The notes under the pieces: model-generated | Told to the model about the DNA's origin: nothing | What the model saw: the letters and a program-made list of their open reading frames with translations, nothing else | The model's database searches: none | Shown: positions 45,871 to 59,671 of the stretch, in pieces | Layout: every line of letters begins with the position of its first letter | Numbering within the stretch: position 1 is the first letter of the stretch | Translations under genes and position numbers: made by a program | Assembly: GCA_038087875.1 (NCBI GenBank) | Contig: JAXLNO010006177.1 | Span: forward strand, 186,001-250,000 | DNA: 64,000 nt | Origin: Malacoraja senta | Taxonomy: Eukaryota | Reading direction: 5' to 3'

Positions 45871-46784
45871 CACTGTAGCTGCCACCAAGGCCGCTGTTGC
45901 TGGAAAACTCCAAATTAAGTGGGAATGTGAGTAGTGGGAGAAATGGTTCAAGGTGGAAAGCCGAATGAATGAGCAACAACATGACAGGTGGACTACAATG
46001 TGACACAGGACAGCACAGAGCCAGAGACCTGAATTAAATACCGACATCGGCTGTTGTATCTGTAGAGTTTGCATGTTGTTCCTGTGACCATGTGGGTTTC
46101 CCCAGGTGCTCTGGTTTCCTCCCACATCCCCAAAACATTGTTTGGTAGGTTAGTTGTCCCCTAGATTGTGCATGATACAATGTGGGGAGAGCTGATGAGA
46201 ATGTGGGACAAATGTAGGATTAGTGTACATGAATGGTTGGTGCAGGTCAGTGGGACAAAGGCCATGTTTGTATGCTGCATATTTCCATGACTCTTTATGA
46301 TGTAGAAAGATGCTGACTATTTTTGATTTATAAGATTGGGAAAGACTGTGAGGGACAGTGCTTTGGTAACTCAGCAGGTCAGGCAACATCCCTGGAGACC
46401 ATGGATAGGTGACAATCTGGTTCGAGACTCTTCAGGCAAATTACAATGGGTATTCCTCCGCTTAAGTCTGATAGTAGTGTACAGATGCACCTCAACCACT
46501 GACTTGCTCAACAAGTGCTTAAATTAGTTGAATTAAAGTATGTTTGGAGTAACATGCAGCAGTCCTTAAAATCTACCATTTCCCAAATCCCAAGAGAGCT
46601 GGATGATCAGGGTTTTAGTGTAAATTCAGTCATCTATATCACTGGTTTCTTGCCTGTGATCACACTGTTGTAAGACATATTCTGGTGATGAATTGCAGTT
46701 CACTTTCCTCCTGTGTAAAGGAGTTATTGTGTTGAATATAACGTGGAAGGGAAAGTCAGTGTAAGATTTAGAGTTTGTACGTAA

Positions 46785-47070
46785 TGCAGCATGGTGGTGC
46801 AGCTGGTAGAACTGCTGCCTCACAACGCCAGAGACCCAGGTTCAATCTGGACCTCGGGTACTGTCTACGTGGAGTTTGCACAGTCTCTTGTGACTATGTG
46901 GGCTTCCTCAGGGAGCTCCGGTTTCCCCCCATATCCCAAAGATGAGCAGGTGTGCAGGTAATCATCCTCGGTAAGTCACCCTGACAGTGTAGGGATGGGA
47001 ATCTATTATGAATGGGTGATTGCTGGTTAGTATGGATTTGGTGGCACAAATGGCCTGTTTACACACTGTA
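46785..47070 (+). mobile_element. tRNA-derived SINE
   Basis: gcagcatggtggtgcagctggtag...ggttcaatc followed by the core. Confidence 0.7.
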
Positions 47071-48329
47071 TCACTGTTTTCAAGAGAGAGTTAGATTTAG
47101 CTCTTAGGGCTAAGGGAGTCAAGGGATATGGGGAAAAAGCCAGATCGGACTATTAATTTTGGATGATCAGCCATGATTGTATTGTATGGCGGTGCTGGCT
47201 CAAAGGGCCGAATAGCCTATTCCTGCACCTATTTTTTTATGTTTCTATCTTTCTATTAAATAAACTAAATTGGAAGACAGAAGGTATTGACTGATGCATC
47301 TTCACGCCAGCTGTAAATGTCATAAACTGTGAGAATTGATTGCAAATGTTATACAATATTATAAACTAAACTGGCTGATCAAAATGACAAGATGGATGAA
47401 GAGCAGAGTTTTCATTGAAATAACAGACGTGCAGCTTTCTCGAGCACTTGGCCTTGGTTGTGTAATATTTCCTCTTCAAAATACAATGTTCCCAGGCATT
47501 GCTGGTCTGAGACACCATTCAGCAAGTATATTTCCTGAAATTGAGATTCTGCTTTCATGGTATCAAGATGTCTAACAGCTCCAGCACCCAGATCAGAACC
47601 TTGCCAAAACTAAGAATGCAGCAACAATTTAGTCATTGAACATCAACGACATGCATATTTGAACTGAGGCAATGGTTAGCTTATTATCACTGTAAACCAG
47701 TCATGGTCATGGGTCTGCCATTGTGGTCACTATTAGTGAGGGTGATTAACTATCATTTAGCAGTGAAACGGAAAAGAATTGGCTTTTCATGCCCACGGAG
47801 CCATAGAGTCATACGGCATGGAAATGGGCCCTTTGCCTCAACTTGGCCATGTTGCCAACCAAGATGCCATGTTTAAACTACCCATATCTCACTGAACCTT
47901 TCCTATCTACAGTATGTACCTGTCCAAGTGTGTTCTAAATGTTTTTTAATAACTGCCTCAACTCCTTCCCCTGGAATGTTCTTCCATATTTCCACTTCCT
48001 CTGGTTCCGAGTAACTCATTTCCTTCTCACCTTAAACCTAAGTCCTCTGGTTCTTGATTACATAAGGCTGGTTAAAAGATTCTGTGCATTCAATCTATCT
48101 ATGCTCCTTGATTTTATAAACTTCTATAAGATCACCCCTCAGCCTCTTGCATGCCAAGGACTAAAGTCCAAGCATTCTCATCCTCTCCCTGAATCACAGG
48201 CCCTGTTAATGACATCCTTCCGATAGTGGAGTGACCAAAACTTAACACAATACTCCAAATGTGGCCTCACCAACATCTTGTACAACTGTAGCAGAACATC
48301 CCAACTTTTTTATTCAGTACCTTTCTTTT

Positions 48330-51300
48330 AAAATATTGTTATTGTTTTTTTCCCAAAAAACAAAAACAAAAATAAAACATAAAAAACAGAGCAAAAAGAA
48401 TAATGATAAACATAACAATGGTATTGATAGATAGGGATCAGGATTAAACACATTAATAACAGGTATAACCTAATATGAGACCAGTGTCAAAATACACCAT
48501 GAATATAGACCTCTCGGTCTCTATGTAAATATAGTTACATCTTTAAAAGGAAACATAAATGTAAAAAAAAGCAAAGATAAAAAGACAAAAAGAAAAAGAA
48601 AAAACAAAACCCCCCTAAACTAAAAAAACGTTTTTAAAAATTGATAATAATAAAATAAGAATAAAAATAAAAGAAATAAACAAAACAAAACAGAGCAAAA
48701 CCGAATCTGAACTGAGAAATTCAACAATTTAAGTCTGTTTGTCGTCAAGTCCGTTCCACCCTATGAAGGTAAGATAATTTTTATAACGGTTAAAGAGGGA
48801 TCAATTTATGTTGTATGAAAGTGTTTAATAAATTTTCCCCAAGTCTTATCAAATTTAACCAAGGGTTCAACAATGTCACTTCTAATTTTTTCTAAATTTA
48901 AACATGATATCGTTTCAGAATACCACTGGAGTGTGGTCGGAGGGTTGGAATCTTTCCATTTAAAGAAAATAAATCTTCTGGCAATTAATGTGGTAAAAGC
49001 AATCAACCGATGGGCAGAGTGGGACAAATGAATAGAATCTAACATTGGTAACTCAAAAATTGCAGTAATAGGATGAGGTTTAAAATCGATACCTAAGACT
49101 ACCGAAATAGTATGAAAAATGTCTTTCCAATATTTTTCCAAAAGAGGGCAGGACCAAAACATATGGGTCAGTGATGCCACTTCAGAGTTACATCTGTCAC
49201 AGGTAGGATTTATATGACCATAAAAACGAGCTAACTTATCTTTTGACATATGAGCTCTGTGGACCACCTTGAATTGTATCAAAGCGTGTCTTGCACACAT
49301 TGAAGAGGTATTAACTAATTGAAGGATCCTCTCCCATTTCTCTATAGATAAAGAAATTTGGAGTTCTCTTTCCCAGTCATTCTTAATTTAATCAAATGTA
49401 TCTATTTGTAATTTTGAAATCAACTCATGAATAGTCGTTATTAATCCTTTCTGATAAGGGTTCAACTGTAAAAAAAAATCCAAAATTTTGGGTTGATGTG
49501 GTAGCGGAAAAAGGGGTAGTTCCTTTTGTCTAATTTGTAAATATCTAAAAAAGTGTGAATTAGGTAAGTTATATTTATTGGAGAGTTGTTCGAAAGACAT
49601 AAAACAACACTCCAAAAACAAATCATGAAAAGCTACTAATCCCTTCCTCTTCCATAACAAAAAAACTTGATCAGTACTAGATGGTTGGAAGAGAAATTTG
49701 GATAAAATCAGATAGTCCAAAAAACTTACGAAATTGAAACCGTATTCGGAACGTATGTCTTATTATTGGGTTCGTCATATATTTATTCAATCTCGTAATT
49801 GTAAAAGGTAACGAGGTCCCCAGAATAGAAGCCAATTATAGCCCTTGTAAGGAATCACGTTCTAGGTTTATCCATCCAGGGCATTGGGTATCTTCTACAT
49901 CTTTTGTCCAAAATGTTAAATAACGAACATTGACTGCCCAATAGTAGAGTCTAAGGTTCGGCAATGCCAAACCACCAACTTTTTTTGATTTCAGTAGGTA
50001 TCTTTTACCTAGTCTGGGATTTTTATTCTGCCATATATATGAAGAAATTTTAGAGTCTATAATATCAAAGAAAGATTTCGCAATAAAAATTGGTATCGTC
50101 TGAAATAAATACAGAAATGTAGGTAAAATGAACATTTTAATAGCATTGATTCGGCCAATTAAGGATAAGGACATTGGTGACCATTTAGTGAACTGATGTT
50201 TAATATGGTCAATTAAAGGAATCAAATTAGGTTTAAATAAATCCTTGTGTTTCTTGGTGATCTTAATACCTAAATAAGTAAAACTTTCAGTAGTCAATGT
50301 AAATGGAAACTGTCCATAACTCGAAACAAAATTATTTAATGGGAAAGCTCACCCTTACAAATATTTAGTTTATAACCAGAAAAACTACTGAATTGATTAA
50401 TTAATGCTACTATTGCCGGAATAGATTTCTCAGGGTTAGAAATAAATAATAACAGATCATCTGCATAAAGAGATAGCTTATGTGTCTTATTCCCGCGGAC
50501 AATACCAAAAATATTTGGGGATTCCCTAATAGCACTGGCTAAAGTTTCCAAAGCAATATCATATAGTAAAGGACTTAAGGGACAGCCCTGTCTAGTACCT
50601 TGAAAGAGCCTGAAAAAAGGGGATCTCTGATTATTAGTAAATACAGAAGCCTGAGGTATAAGATATAACAGTTTGATCCAAGAGATAAATTTTGGACCAA
50701 TCTTAACTTTTTCAAGTATATTGAATAAGTATTCCATTCTACTCTATCAATAGCCTTCTCGGCATCAAGTGAGATGACACATTCTGGGGTTTTATTAGAC
50801 GCTGTATATACAATATTTATTAATCTCCTAACATTAAAGAATGAGTAACGATTTTTAATAAAACCTATCTGATCTTCAGAGCTAATTTGCGGTAAAATCT
50901 TTTCCAATCTCATAGCTAAAATTTTGGAAAGAATTTAAAAATCTACATTTAACATTGATATAGGTCTATATGATGTCACTTCAGTAGGGTCTTTATCTTT
51001 TTTTTAAATTAAAGTAATAGAAGCTTCATAAAAAGATTGTGGTAATCTATTCCTTAAACAGGCTTCTTTAAATACCTTGCATAGCCATGGAGACAATAAA
51101 TTTGAGAAATACTTTAAAAATTCTACTGTAAACCCATCTAAACCGGGAGCTTTACCAGAATTCATTGAAAAAATTGCTTTCTGTATTTCTTCTTCCGTGA
51201 TGGGTTCATCTAACAACAGAGACTCAGGAACATCGGGCCTCCGTAGAGGCAATAGCGGAGGCCTCAATAGGCCTGACTGTGGGAGATCTGGGGATGGGCA

Positions 51301-52929
51301 CTGGACATTGTGCCTTCTGGTAACCATTGTAGGGGGACGATTTTTGTATGTAGTGTCTATTTTTAGTCTGTGTCCAAGATCGCGGTCGGAAGGGAGAGTG
51401 GACGCTGTCGCGGTTTAGCTGCCGCTGCTCTCTCTTCACATTGTGTTTCAGATTTTTTTTTTGTGTCTTTGGATCGAATTCTGTCTTTAATGTGTGTATT
51501 GGTCATGTCTTTATAATTTATTTTACTCCGATTATATGTTTCTTATTTGTTAAACTCTGTAAGGTGTCCTTGAGACTTTGGTATAAGGCGCCCATAAATA
51601 AAAGTTATTATTATTATTATTGTATGGTAAATTTGGTAAGTTCAGTTTCTTTAAAAACTCATGCATTATATTGGAATCAGTAGGAAAATCTGATTGGTAT
51701 AGGGAGGTATAAAATTCCTGAAAGGATTTATTAATTTCGTCATGGTCTACAGTTACTGTACCATCCCGTTTACTCACTTTAGTAATCTGATGCTTGGCCG
51801 ACACTGCTTTCAATTGATTAGCAAGTAATTTACCAGATTTTTCGCCATTTATATAAAATTTACTTTTGGTTTTAAGTAACTGGTTCTCAATCGGTGATAC
51901 TAATAACAAATCATATCTCAATTGAAGTTCAACTCTATTCTTATAGAGCTCTAAACTAGGAGCTTTTGAATATTTTTTATCAATTTCTTTAATCTCGTCA
52001 GCCAATGTGCGTATTTCTTTTTGTGTTTGTATTTTTAATCCCGCGGAGTATGAAATAATTTGTCCACGAATATATGTCTTAAAAGCATCCCAAACTATAC
52101 CATTGGATATCTCTTCATTAGAGTTTGTCAAGAAGTAATAACAATCTGATCTTTCATAAACTTAATAAAGTTTGTCTTGAAGCAAAGTAGCAATAAATCG
52201 CCATTGTTTAGCACTAAACTTGGAATCAGGTAGTTTGATCAATAGTTTCAATGGTGCATGATCAGAAATAGCAATTGCATCATACTCACATGCAATGACC
52301 GATGAAACTAGCTGAGAATCTAGTAAAAAATAGTCATCCTAGAATAACTATGATATACATGAGAGAAAAATGAAAATTCTTTGTCATTTGCGTGTAAGAA
52401 TCTCCAAATTTCTAACATTCCCGAGTCAAGTAAAAAAGAATTAATAAAATTAGCTGATTTATTTGGAAGCGCATGATCAGATATAGACCTATCAATCGAG
52501 GGATTCAAACAGCAATTGAAGTCTCCACCCATTATTAAAAAGTGTTCATTTAAGTTAGGAAAGGATGCAATTAACTGTTTAAAAAACTCAAGGTGATAAA
52601 TATTTGGTGCATAGACATTCACCATAGCGACATTTTGCCTATAAAGGACACCGGTAATCACTAAGAATCTGCCATATGGATCAGAAATTGTTTCATGGTG
52701 AACAAACGGAATTGAGGATTCAATAAAAATAGAGACTCCTTTCACCGTAGTCTGTGAATTTGAATGAAACTGCTGTCCTCTCCAAAACTTGAAAAATCGT
52801 GACATGTCATCTTGCCTTACATGAGTTTCCTGAACAAAGATAATCTGAGCATTTAGTCTGTGAAGAACTTTAAAAAAAAAATTCCTCTTAATGGGATGGT
52901 TCAAGCCATTCACATTCCATGAAAGGAAA
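48330..52929 (-). mobile_element. L1-clade LINE ORF2 (near complete, frameshifted) with A-rich 3' UTR
   Basis: FLSWNVNGLNHPIKR...QETH, GGDFNC, QGCPLSPLL, LYADDLLL, C-terminal CDRC...HMFWSC. Confidence 0.92.
51226..51622 (+). mobile_element. Short retroposon with (TTA)n tail inserted in the L1
   Basis: Interrupts L1 ORF2 between LNLPNLP and ESLLLDEP; 3' end like that at 40863-40930. Confidence 0.6.
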
Positions 52930-53434
52930 TAGTAAGATTAAACGAGAACTTACCAAGTTTGAAGTTTGATCTTTATTTTATGAGGAGTAACGTTGAGGGA
53001 TTACGTGAAGAAGCCCCGTCCAGCCGCACACGCGTCAATCTTTCAAAGCAGCGGAGTGACAATCACAGACGATAATTACTGAAGTATGATAGTAAGATGC
53101 ATAAAGACTTAGAACTACCAGCTTGATCATTTTATGAGGGTGGGAGCGGAGGGCACGTAATCCCTCAACGTTACTCCTCATAAAATAAAGATCAAACATC
53201 AAACTTGGTAAATTCTCGTTTAATCTTACTATTTTACTTCGGAGTCATGTGAGTGACTACGTGAAGATTTCAAAGCTCTGTGATTTCACACCGTGGATTC
53301 AAATCCAGGTGTTCACTGCATCGATTGACTCTATTTGAGTAAGCACAATCAACAATGCATAACCACAACATTTGAATATAATCAGTTAATGGTTTTATTT
53401 ATTTTAATAAAAATAACAAAAATTAGGCCCATTT

Positions 53435-54376
53435 ATAATGGGGGATTTAATACTGTATCCAGCACGACATCACCAAACCCTCTGAGATCTTTAATCTCCT
53501 TGTGGTAATACTTGTGAAACATCTGTTCACTTGCACATCCTGCGGCCGCGAGAATAAGGTCTATTGGCACGCTGAATCCCTGGCCGCTGATGTTGATGCC
53601 GCCCTCGGGGAATGAGATTTAAATTTATCAGTATCAATACCTGAATATCTGAACACCTGTTTCAACCATCGTGAAATTGTTTGTGTTGATACTTTCTTAT
53701 GAGGCTTTTTATGACTAATAAAAAATGCCATTCGGCGCCTCTTAAAACTTTTGTTGTTTCTATGTAACATTTCACATATGTTACTACACACAGTCGTGAA
53801 TCTGTAGGATATGCTAAAAATTCCAACTTGCATCCTGTGGACCTAGGTCTACTTTGCTTCAGTAAATCATAGACATAGAATGTCATGCCATTTTGCCCTA
53901 CTTTCATTCTATCAATTCTGATGTTTCTGTAATGTTTGAACTCTCTGCGCTGAAACTAATGCCATGAGCATAACCAATTTCATGGTAATTTTGGATAATG
54001 ACAGGGTTTCAACTGGATTCCAACTCCTTAGGAACATCAGTACATCTTTTACATTCCAAATTTCTGTATACCTGGGTCTGGGAGGGTTAGAGTTGAAAAT
54101 TCCTTTCATAAACCTACAGACCCAAGGATGTGCTCCAATTGGAGTTTGTTCTGATTCACTGCTTAAATATGCAGAGAGTGCACTTCGTGCAGTATTAATT
54201 GCACTATAACTTAATTTCAATTCATAGTGTAGAGTTGAAAGAAACTCTATTACATCTGAAATTTCTACTGTGTTATATGCAATATTCTTTCCTGAACAAA
54301 ACACCTCCCATTTCTTTATATATGAAATGTACTGCTTCTGGGTACTATTCCTCCAGGCTGCTGTCATAACATCCAC
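53435..54376 (-). pseudogene. DIRS tyrosine recombinase (frameshifted)
   Basis: AWRNSTQKQY...ARSALS (N-domain), SAQRVQTL, TISRWLK, HSPRAAST, FHKYY. Confidence 0.85.
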
Positions 54377-54465
54377 CGTACAGTCTGATAATCCTTTTCC
54401 AAGATATGCCTTCTTAGAATCTGCAAATCAACAAACCAATACGATTATGTAAAGGATGTGATTCA

Positions 54466-54960
54466 TTAGTCACAGGGTGTACAAGCAGTTTCATCTGCTT
54501 TGGAATAACCATAAGGGTTTTTTTGATCATTTTTAACACCAGTGGGTACCATACCTGTGTAGGCCCATCTGGTACTACCAAAATCCCTGAGGCTTGAATC
54601 TTGTTTAATTTTCTGTATGCATTTGTGGATTAAACAAAATGGTGGAAAAACATACAGAAACATACCACCCCAATGTAGCGAGAAAGCATCCACCACTACT
54701 GCTCCAGGATCAGGTTCCCATGACACATACTTAGTCAACTGGTGGTTCAATCTTGATGCAAACAGATCAATTTCTGGCATTCCAAATTGTGTGATAATTT
54801 GTGTGAATATTTTCCGATTTAACATCCATTCTGTATTATCATTAAATTTACGTGATCTTTTGTCTGCAATTGTATTAATTTTTACCCGGTAAATATATTG
54901 CTGACAGCCAAATTTTTCTGGCAATACCCCAGGTCCAAATTTCATTTGCCAATTTATCAC
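54466..54960 (-). pseudogene. DIRS N6-adenine methyltransferase-like domain
   Basis: PEIDLFASRLN...VDAFSLHW...YVFPPF motifs. Confidence 0.8.
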
Positions 54961-56330
54961 ATGATTCTGATTTTATACCACCCATGTGATTTATGTATGC
55001 TACAGCTGTAGTATTGTCAACCTGTACCTGAACATGCACATTTCCCATATCAGTGCAATAAGCTCTAAGGCCGTAAAATGCGCCTAATAGCTCTAGATAA
55101 TTGATTCCCAGATTTTCCAGCAAAAGTACTTCATTCACATTCCACCTACCTCCACAGCTGGAAATCATGTTAGTAGCGCCCCAACTCAGCACACTTACAT
55201 CAGTCTGTAGAGTGACGGAAGGTGTTTCTACCAGAACTTTTCTGGAAACATTAGAAACATTGTTAATCCACCATTCTATTTCTGTAATGGATTGAATTGT
55301 TAATTTCATGGGCCTATCAAAATGCCCTCTATTCATTTTTAACGCTTGTACCTTAGCTCTCTGTAAACATTGATAATGCAATGGTCCAAACGTGACCGCT
55401 GGAAACCCTGCAATTAATTTGCCTAGCAAGCTTGCCACTTCTCTAATTGAAGGTGTGTCCTCGTTAATGGATTTTATGCAACCTTCAATTAACTGCAGCT
55501 TTTTATCTTTTGGCAAAGTGATTACCATGTGTTCGGAGTTAATTGTGAACCCTAGGTAATCAATCTTTTTGCTTGGTAACAATTTAGATTTTTGTAGGTG
55601 AATAATGAAACCTAATTTCTCAAAATGTATTTGACTCTGGATACTGACAATTTTGCAGCAGCCAAAGTGTCCCCTACAACGAGGATATCATCTAAATAAG
55701 CCATTAATACATGGCCCTCAGCTCTTAACAGAGCTAAAATTTGGTTTGAGCAATTTAGTGAATAATCTTGGTGCTGAAATCAGACCATTGGGCAATGCTT
55801 TAAATTGTCATAACTGACTCATCCATCTAAATTTCAAATATCTTTGATCCTTATCATGCATTGCCACAGAATAATATGCATTATGCAGATCTATGCTTGC
55901 CTTGTAGCAATTCTTTGTGACTAGCTAAATGGCATTAGTAAATGTTTCCATTTTGAAATGTTTCTATTGTACATAAAGGTTAAGATTTGTCAGATCGGAA
56001 ATAATTCTATGTCCACCATCCCTTTTCTAGGAGAATATTCCTAGGAGAATATTTGACACAAACTGATGGTGTTGTTCTCCTGACATTTATATCATCCTTT
56101 CCTGCATAAAGTTTTTCAATTCTCCTTTGATCAACCCATTCTCTTCCTTTGAGAAAAATCCGTGACCAGTTTGAATTATGCTGAATTGGAGGATCCAAAC
56201 GTGGAGAGAACTCAATTTTGAATCCTACAATGCTACATAGAATAAATGAATCATTTGTTATTGATTGCCATTCTTTTAGGAAGAATCGTAACCTTCCCCC
56301 TATTTGTGAGTGTGAAACATTTGTTGTGTT
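54960..56330 (-). pseudogene. DIRS RT and RNase H (frameshifted)
   Basis: GGRLRFFLKEW, ALPNGLISAPRLFTK, AYLDDIL, LQTD.S...WG, INYLEL, VDNTTAVAYINHMGG. Confidence 0.85.
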
Positions 56331-58009
56331 TCTTACCAGACCAAGCCCCCTAACCTCGGGGTTTGCCACCGGCAGTTGTTGTCCCCTTCTAGTAGGCACA
56401 TTGTAACCTCCACGTATCCTCGGTGCAGCACGTCAACGTGCATACGAGAATGATAGGATTGTTCCTTCTCCAGCACCACATTTCGCCTGTAGGGATACTG
56501 CCTTCTCATCGCTCTGCTAAGCATAGGTGATCCTTTAGTTTCTTTGCTAGATTTTCTCCAAAACAGATTTAGGCATTTGTATATTGCATGGTTTTCAGAG
56601 CCTGCATACTTTGGATGAATATTTGGTCTTATTGCATTTTTATGAATACAATTTATTTCAAAGTGCGCACTACACATGAGTGCTAAGGCATTTTGTTGTG
56701 AATACGATATATAACCTTCATCCAAACCACTGACCCCAGAAATTTCAGCACTTGTGTAATTTCAATTCTTGTGAGCGTAAACCACTGCTCAAATTACCCA
56801 TATCAAGTTTATTCACTGCTGTAACTGCTACAATTTCCCGGGTCTCATATTTTTTGATAGTCTCATCCATGGTTAATTCCTGGGGCTGATGGGAGAGTAG
56901 ATAATTTATAGTCATAGCTATTTCCTCTCTCAAAGGTTCCCCTGTTACTCTGGGAACAGCAACGTTTTGTGCCAGCCTTGGAACATTTGTGGCTCTGATA
57001 ATGGGCTCTGGTCCTCATTTAAATCATCATCTAAATCCAGATATTCATTTTTATGTTGGTGTAATTTCTGGCTCCCCTGTTTCAGGTGAGTCTCTGCCAG
57101 ATCCCCCCTGCGCGGGCTCTCTTGTAGGCCCACGGACAGGCAGCCCTGCTTCAGGTGCTGCTGGCGCTGGCTCAATTCTAGGCCAACGCTTCATTATTTT
57201 TACTCTTTATATTTGTCGGTGCTGGCACATTTATCATTGCACGTTTGTGCTGCCTTTTGTTCAGGCATTTCTAGTACTTGCTCTCCAATAGGCCAACACA
57301 TAACTTGCCTTTTTTATGGCATTTTTGGGCACTGGCTCTCCTGTAGGCCAACCTCTTTAATGTTTCTGCACAGGCACTGATGGCTCCCCTGTAGTCCACA
57401 CTTGTGCCGGTTCCAAGGCACCTCCTGTGCTATACCTCATTGGCCAACACCGACTTAAATCCTCCTGTGGGGGTTCTTTACAAATCATCTGCCCCATAAG
57501 GAGTTATAAAGTTTTTGTCCCTTGCAGTGTAATACTCTTTCCTGCCTGAGGAGGGCATACCTCCGGGTCTGACTCATCCGAGTCTACAGGTCGGGCCGAT
57601 TCTTTTTTTTTTCTCAGCCTTGCGCCCGCCCGCGGCGGTTTAACGCACATTCAACCACAATGGGAGTTAATGGCTTCGCTGCCACTGACTCCCCTAACTG
57701 ACGCCCGCTACCCTTAGGATCTGGGGTTTTACTACAGTGCGTCCCTGGCCGCCTCTCCTTCCCATTTCTCTATAATAAACTTGTGTGGAGCTCCACCAAC
57801 AAGTCTAAACGGGAAGGAAACGCTCCTGTAAGTGAAAAGTAACTCCACTTACCTTCCGACTTTTGTTTTACTTTTGTTTTACTCACCGGCTGGAGGAGCT
57901 CCTGCTCCTCCACACACGGTCGAGAACGCTATGCGTCTGATCGATAATGACGCGTGTGCGGCTGGACGGGGCTTCTTCACGTAGTCACTCACGTGACTCC
58001 GAAGTAAAA

Positions 58010-58195
58010 TTAACATACTGTTCATGCAAGAAAACAAACTGTGAGAAATCAAGTACAGGGAAGGAAGATGCTCATGTCAACAGCATGGTGAGCCATGTAC
58101 AGATTTATGTCAGTGTGTTGACTGCAGAAACTCTATTACTGCAAAAGACTTGGAATCTGATGAAGAATATTCAGATGAAGATCAGAGGTATTGTA
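58010..58195 (+). pseudogene. C-terminal Cys-rich (CXC) zinc finger of an Academ-like DNA transposase
   Basis: LTYCSCKKTNC...(frameshift)RCSCQQHGEPCTDLCQCVDCRN plus the acidic tail DEEYSDED; the family assignment comes from recalled AcademX protein architecture. Confidence 0.55.
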
Positions 58196-59643
58196 AACAA
58201 ATAAATTGGGGAAATAAATGATTATATAAAGTTTTATTTTAATGTCGATCATTTCACTGTTTATTTGATCAAATTATTTAAACAATGAGTGAATATCTTA
58301 TGATAATGGCGTGCTGGTGAATGACAGTGCAACAGTCCACCCACCCATCCACACATACATACATACACACACATACGCACACACACTTCCATCCGTACGC
58401 ACACTTCCATGCATGCACACACACAAACATGCACACATACATCCACGCATCCACACACACATCCGCACACACACACCCATCCACATCCATCCGCACGCAG
58501 ACATACCTGCACACATCCATCCACACATATACAACCACACACACACACACACATCCACACATACATCCACACATACTTCCACACATTTACATCCACACAT
58601 CTACAGATACACGTTTGACAGGTATACACAGACACAAACACACACAAACTACAGAACTACAGATACTCAAACAATGCAACACTTTTAGGGTTCTTTTAGG
58701 TTAAAGCTAATAGCCCTCATTTGCAAAGGCACCATGGTGGGGAGGGGGGGGTCCTCTAACATAAATATAGGCTCATTGTAGCATAAAAAGAATACTCATC
58801 GAGTAAACATCAGAGCATTCGATTCTTGGTCAGGATGTGACATTTACATCAGAAATAAGACAGGTCTCTTACAGGACTGTCCCCCAGCCTGGCACTGCCC
58901 CAGTCCCACTATGGCCATGACCCCCACTCTCCCCACTATGGCAGTCAGTGGGGTTTAGTAAATGGGGGATCCCAGAGGATCTGTCCTGACCCTTTAATTA
59001 GGCAGGTTCATGAGCCCTTAAAACCTGGGACCTCTGCGGCAGTCTCATTCATTTTCCTATTAAAGCGACTGGAAGATGCCTTGCAGGTCTGTCCCCCAGC
59101 CTAGCACTGCCCCAGACCCACTATGGCCATGACCCCCACTCTGCACATTGGCAGTCAGTGGGGTTCAGTAAAGGGAGGAATCCACAAGAACTGCACTCAC
59201 CCATTAATTAGGCTGGTTCAGGAGCCAGATCTCTGGAGCAGTCTCATTCAAAAAACACTCACAATTATATTCATTATATTATTTTTATATAATATAATTA
59301 TACTTAATTATATATGGTTACAGTCACATTTACATCATATATATATGACGAGTTATAACTGACGAGTTATGACTTCCTTCTCAATGTAGGCTGTGGGCCG
59401 AGCATCAAAAATGTGTCTAGAAATCAGTTTACGTGACCCAAGTCACCAAACTACATGACATTTTCCATAGATTTAGATGAAATATAATTGAGAAGAAAGT
59501 CATAACTCGTCATTGCCAAAAGCTGCACATTAATTAATTAAACTAATTAGAAAATGAGATCGGGAAAGTAAACGCCATCTAGTGGCCAATGCCCATATTA
59601 CACCATGGGCAGCCTATTTCCGTGTTGCAGTCCATTTAAACTA
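58137..59643 (+). mobile_element. Putative Academ-like transposon 3' end (left arm of the inverted duplication)
   Basis: Follows the CXC finger; CA-rich block, about 215-bp subterminal direct repeats, ends ...ccatttaaacta before a TA microsatellite. Confidence 0.5.
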
Positions 59644-59671
59644 TATATTATACATATATATATATATATAT

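Larger units (their letters stand above)
52930..58009 (-). mobile_element. DIRS1-type tyrosine-recombinase retrotransposon with complete ends
   Basis: 36-bp ITRs (53002-53037 and 57948-57983), ICR at 53154-53266 complementary to both termini; RT YLDD at about 55690, RNase H, methyltransferase and YR domains, all frameshifted. Confidence 0.93.

Noticed and set aside
58261-58704. Cys/Val-rich and His/Thr-rich ORFs (also 60328-60660)
   Set aside because: They are translations of CA/TG microsatellite-like sequence.
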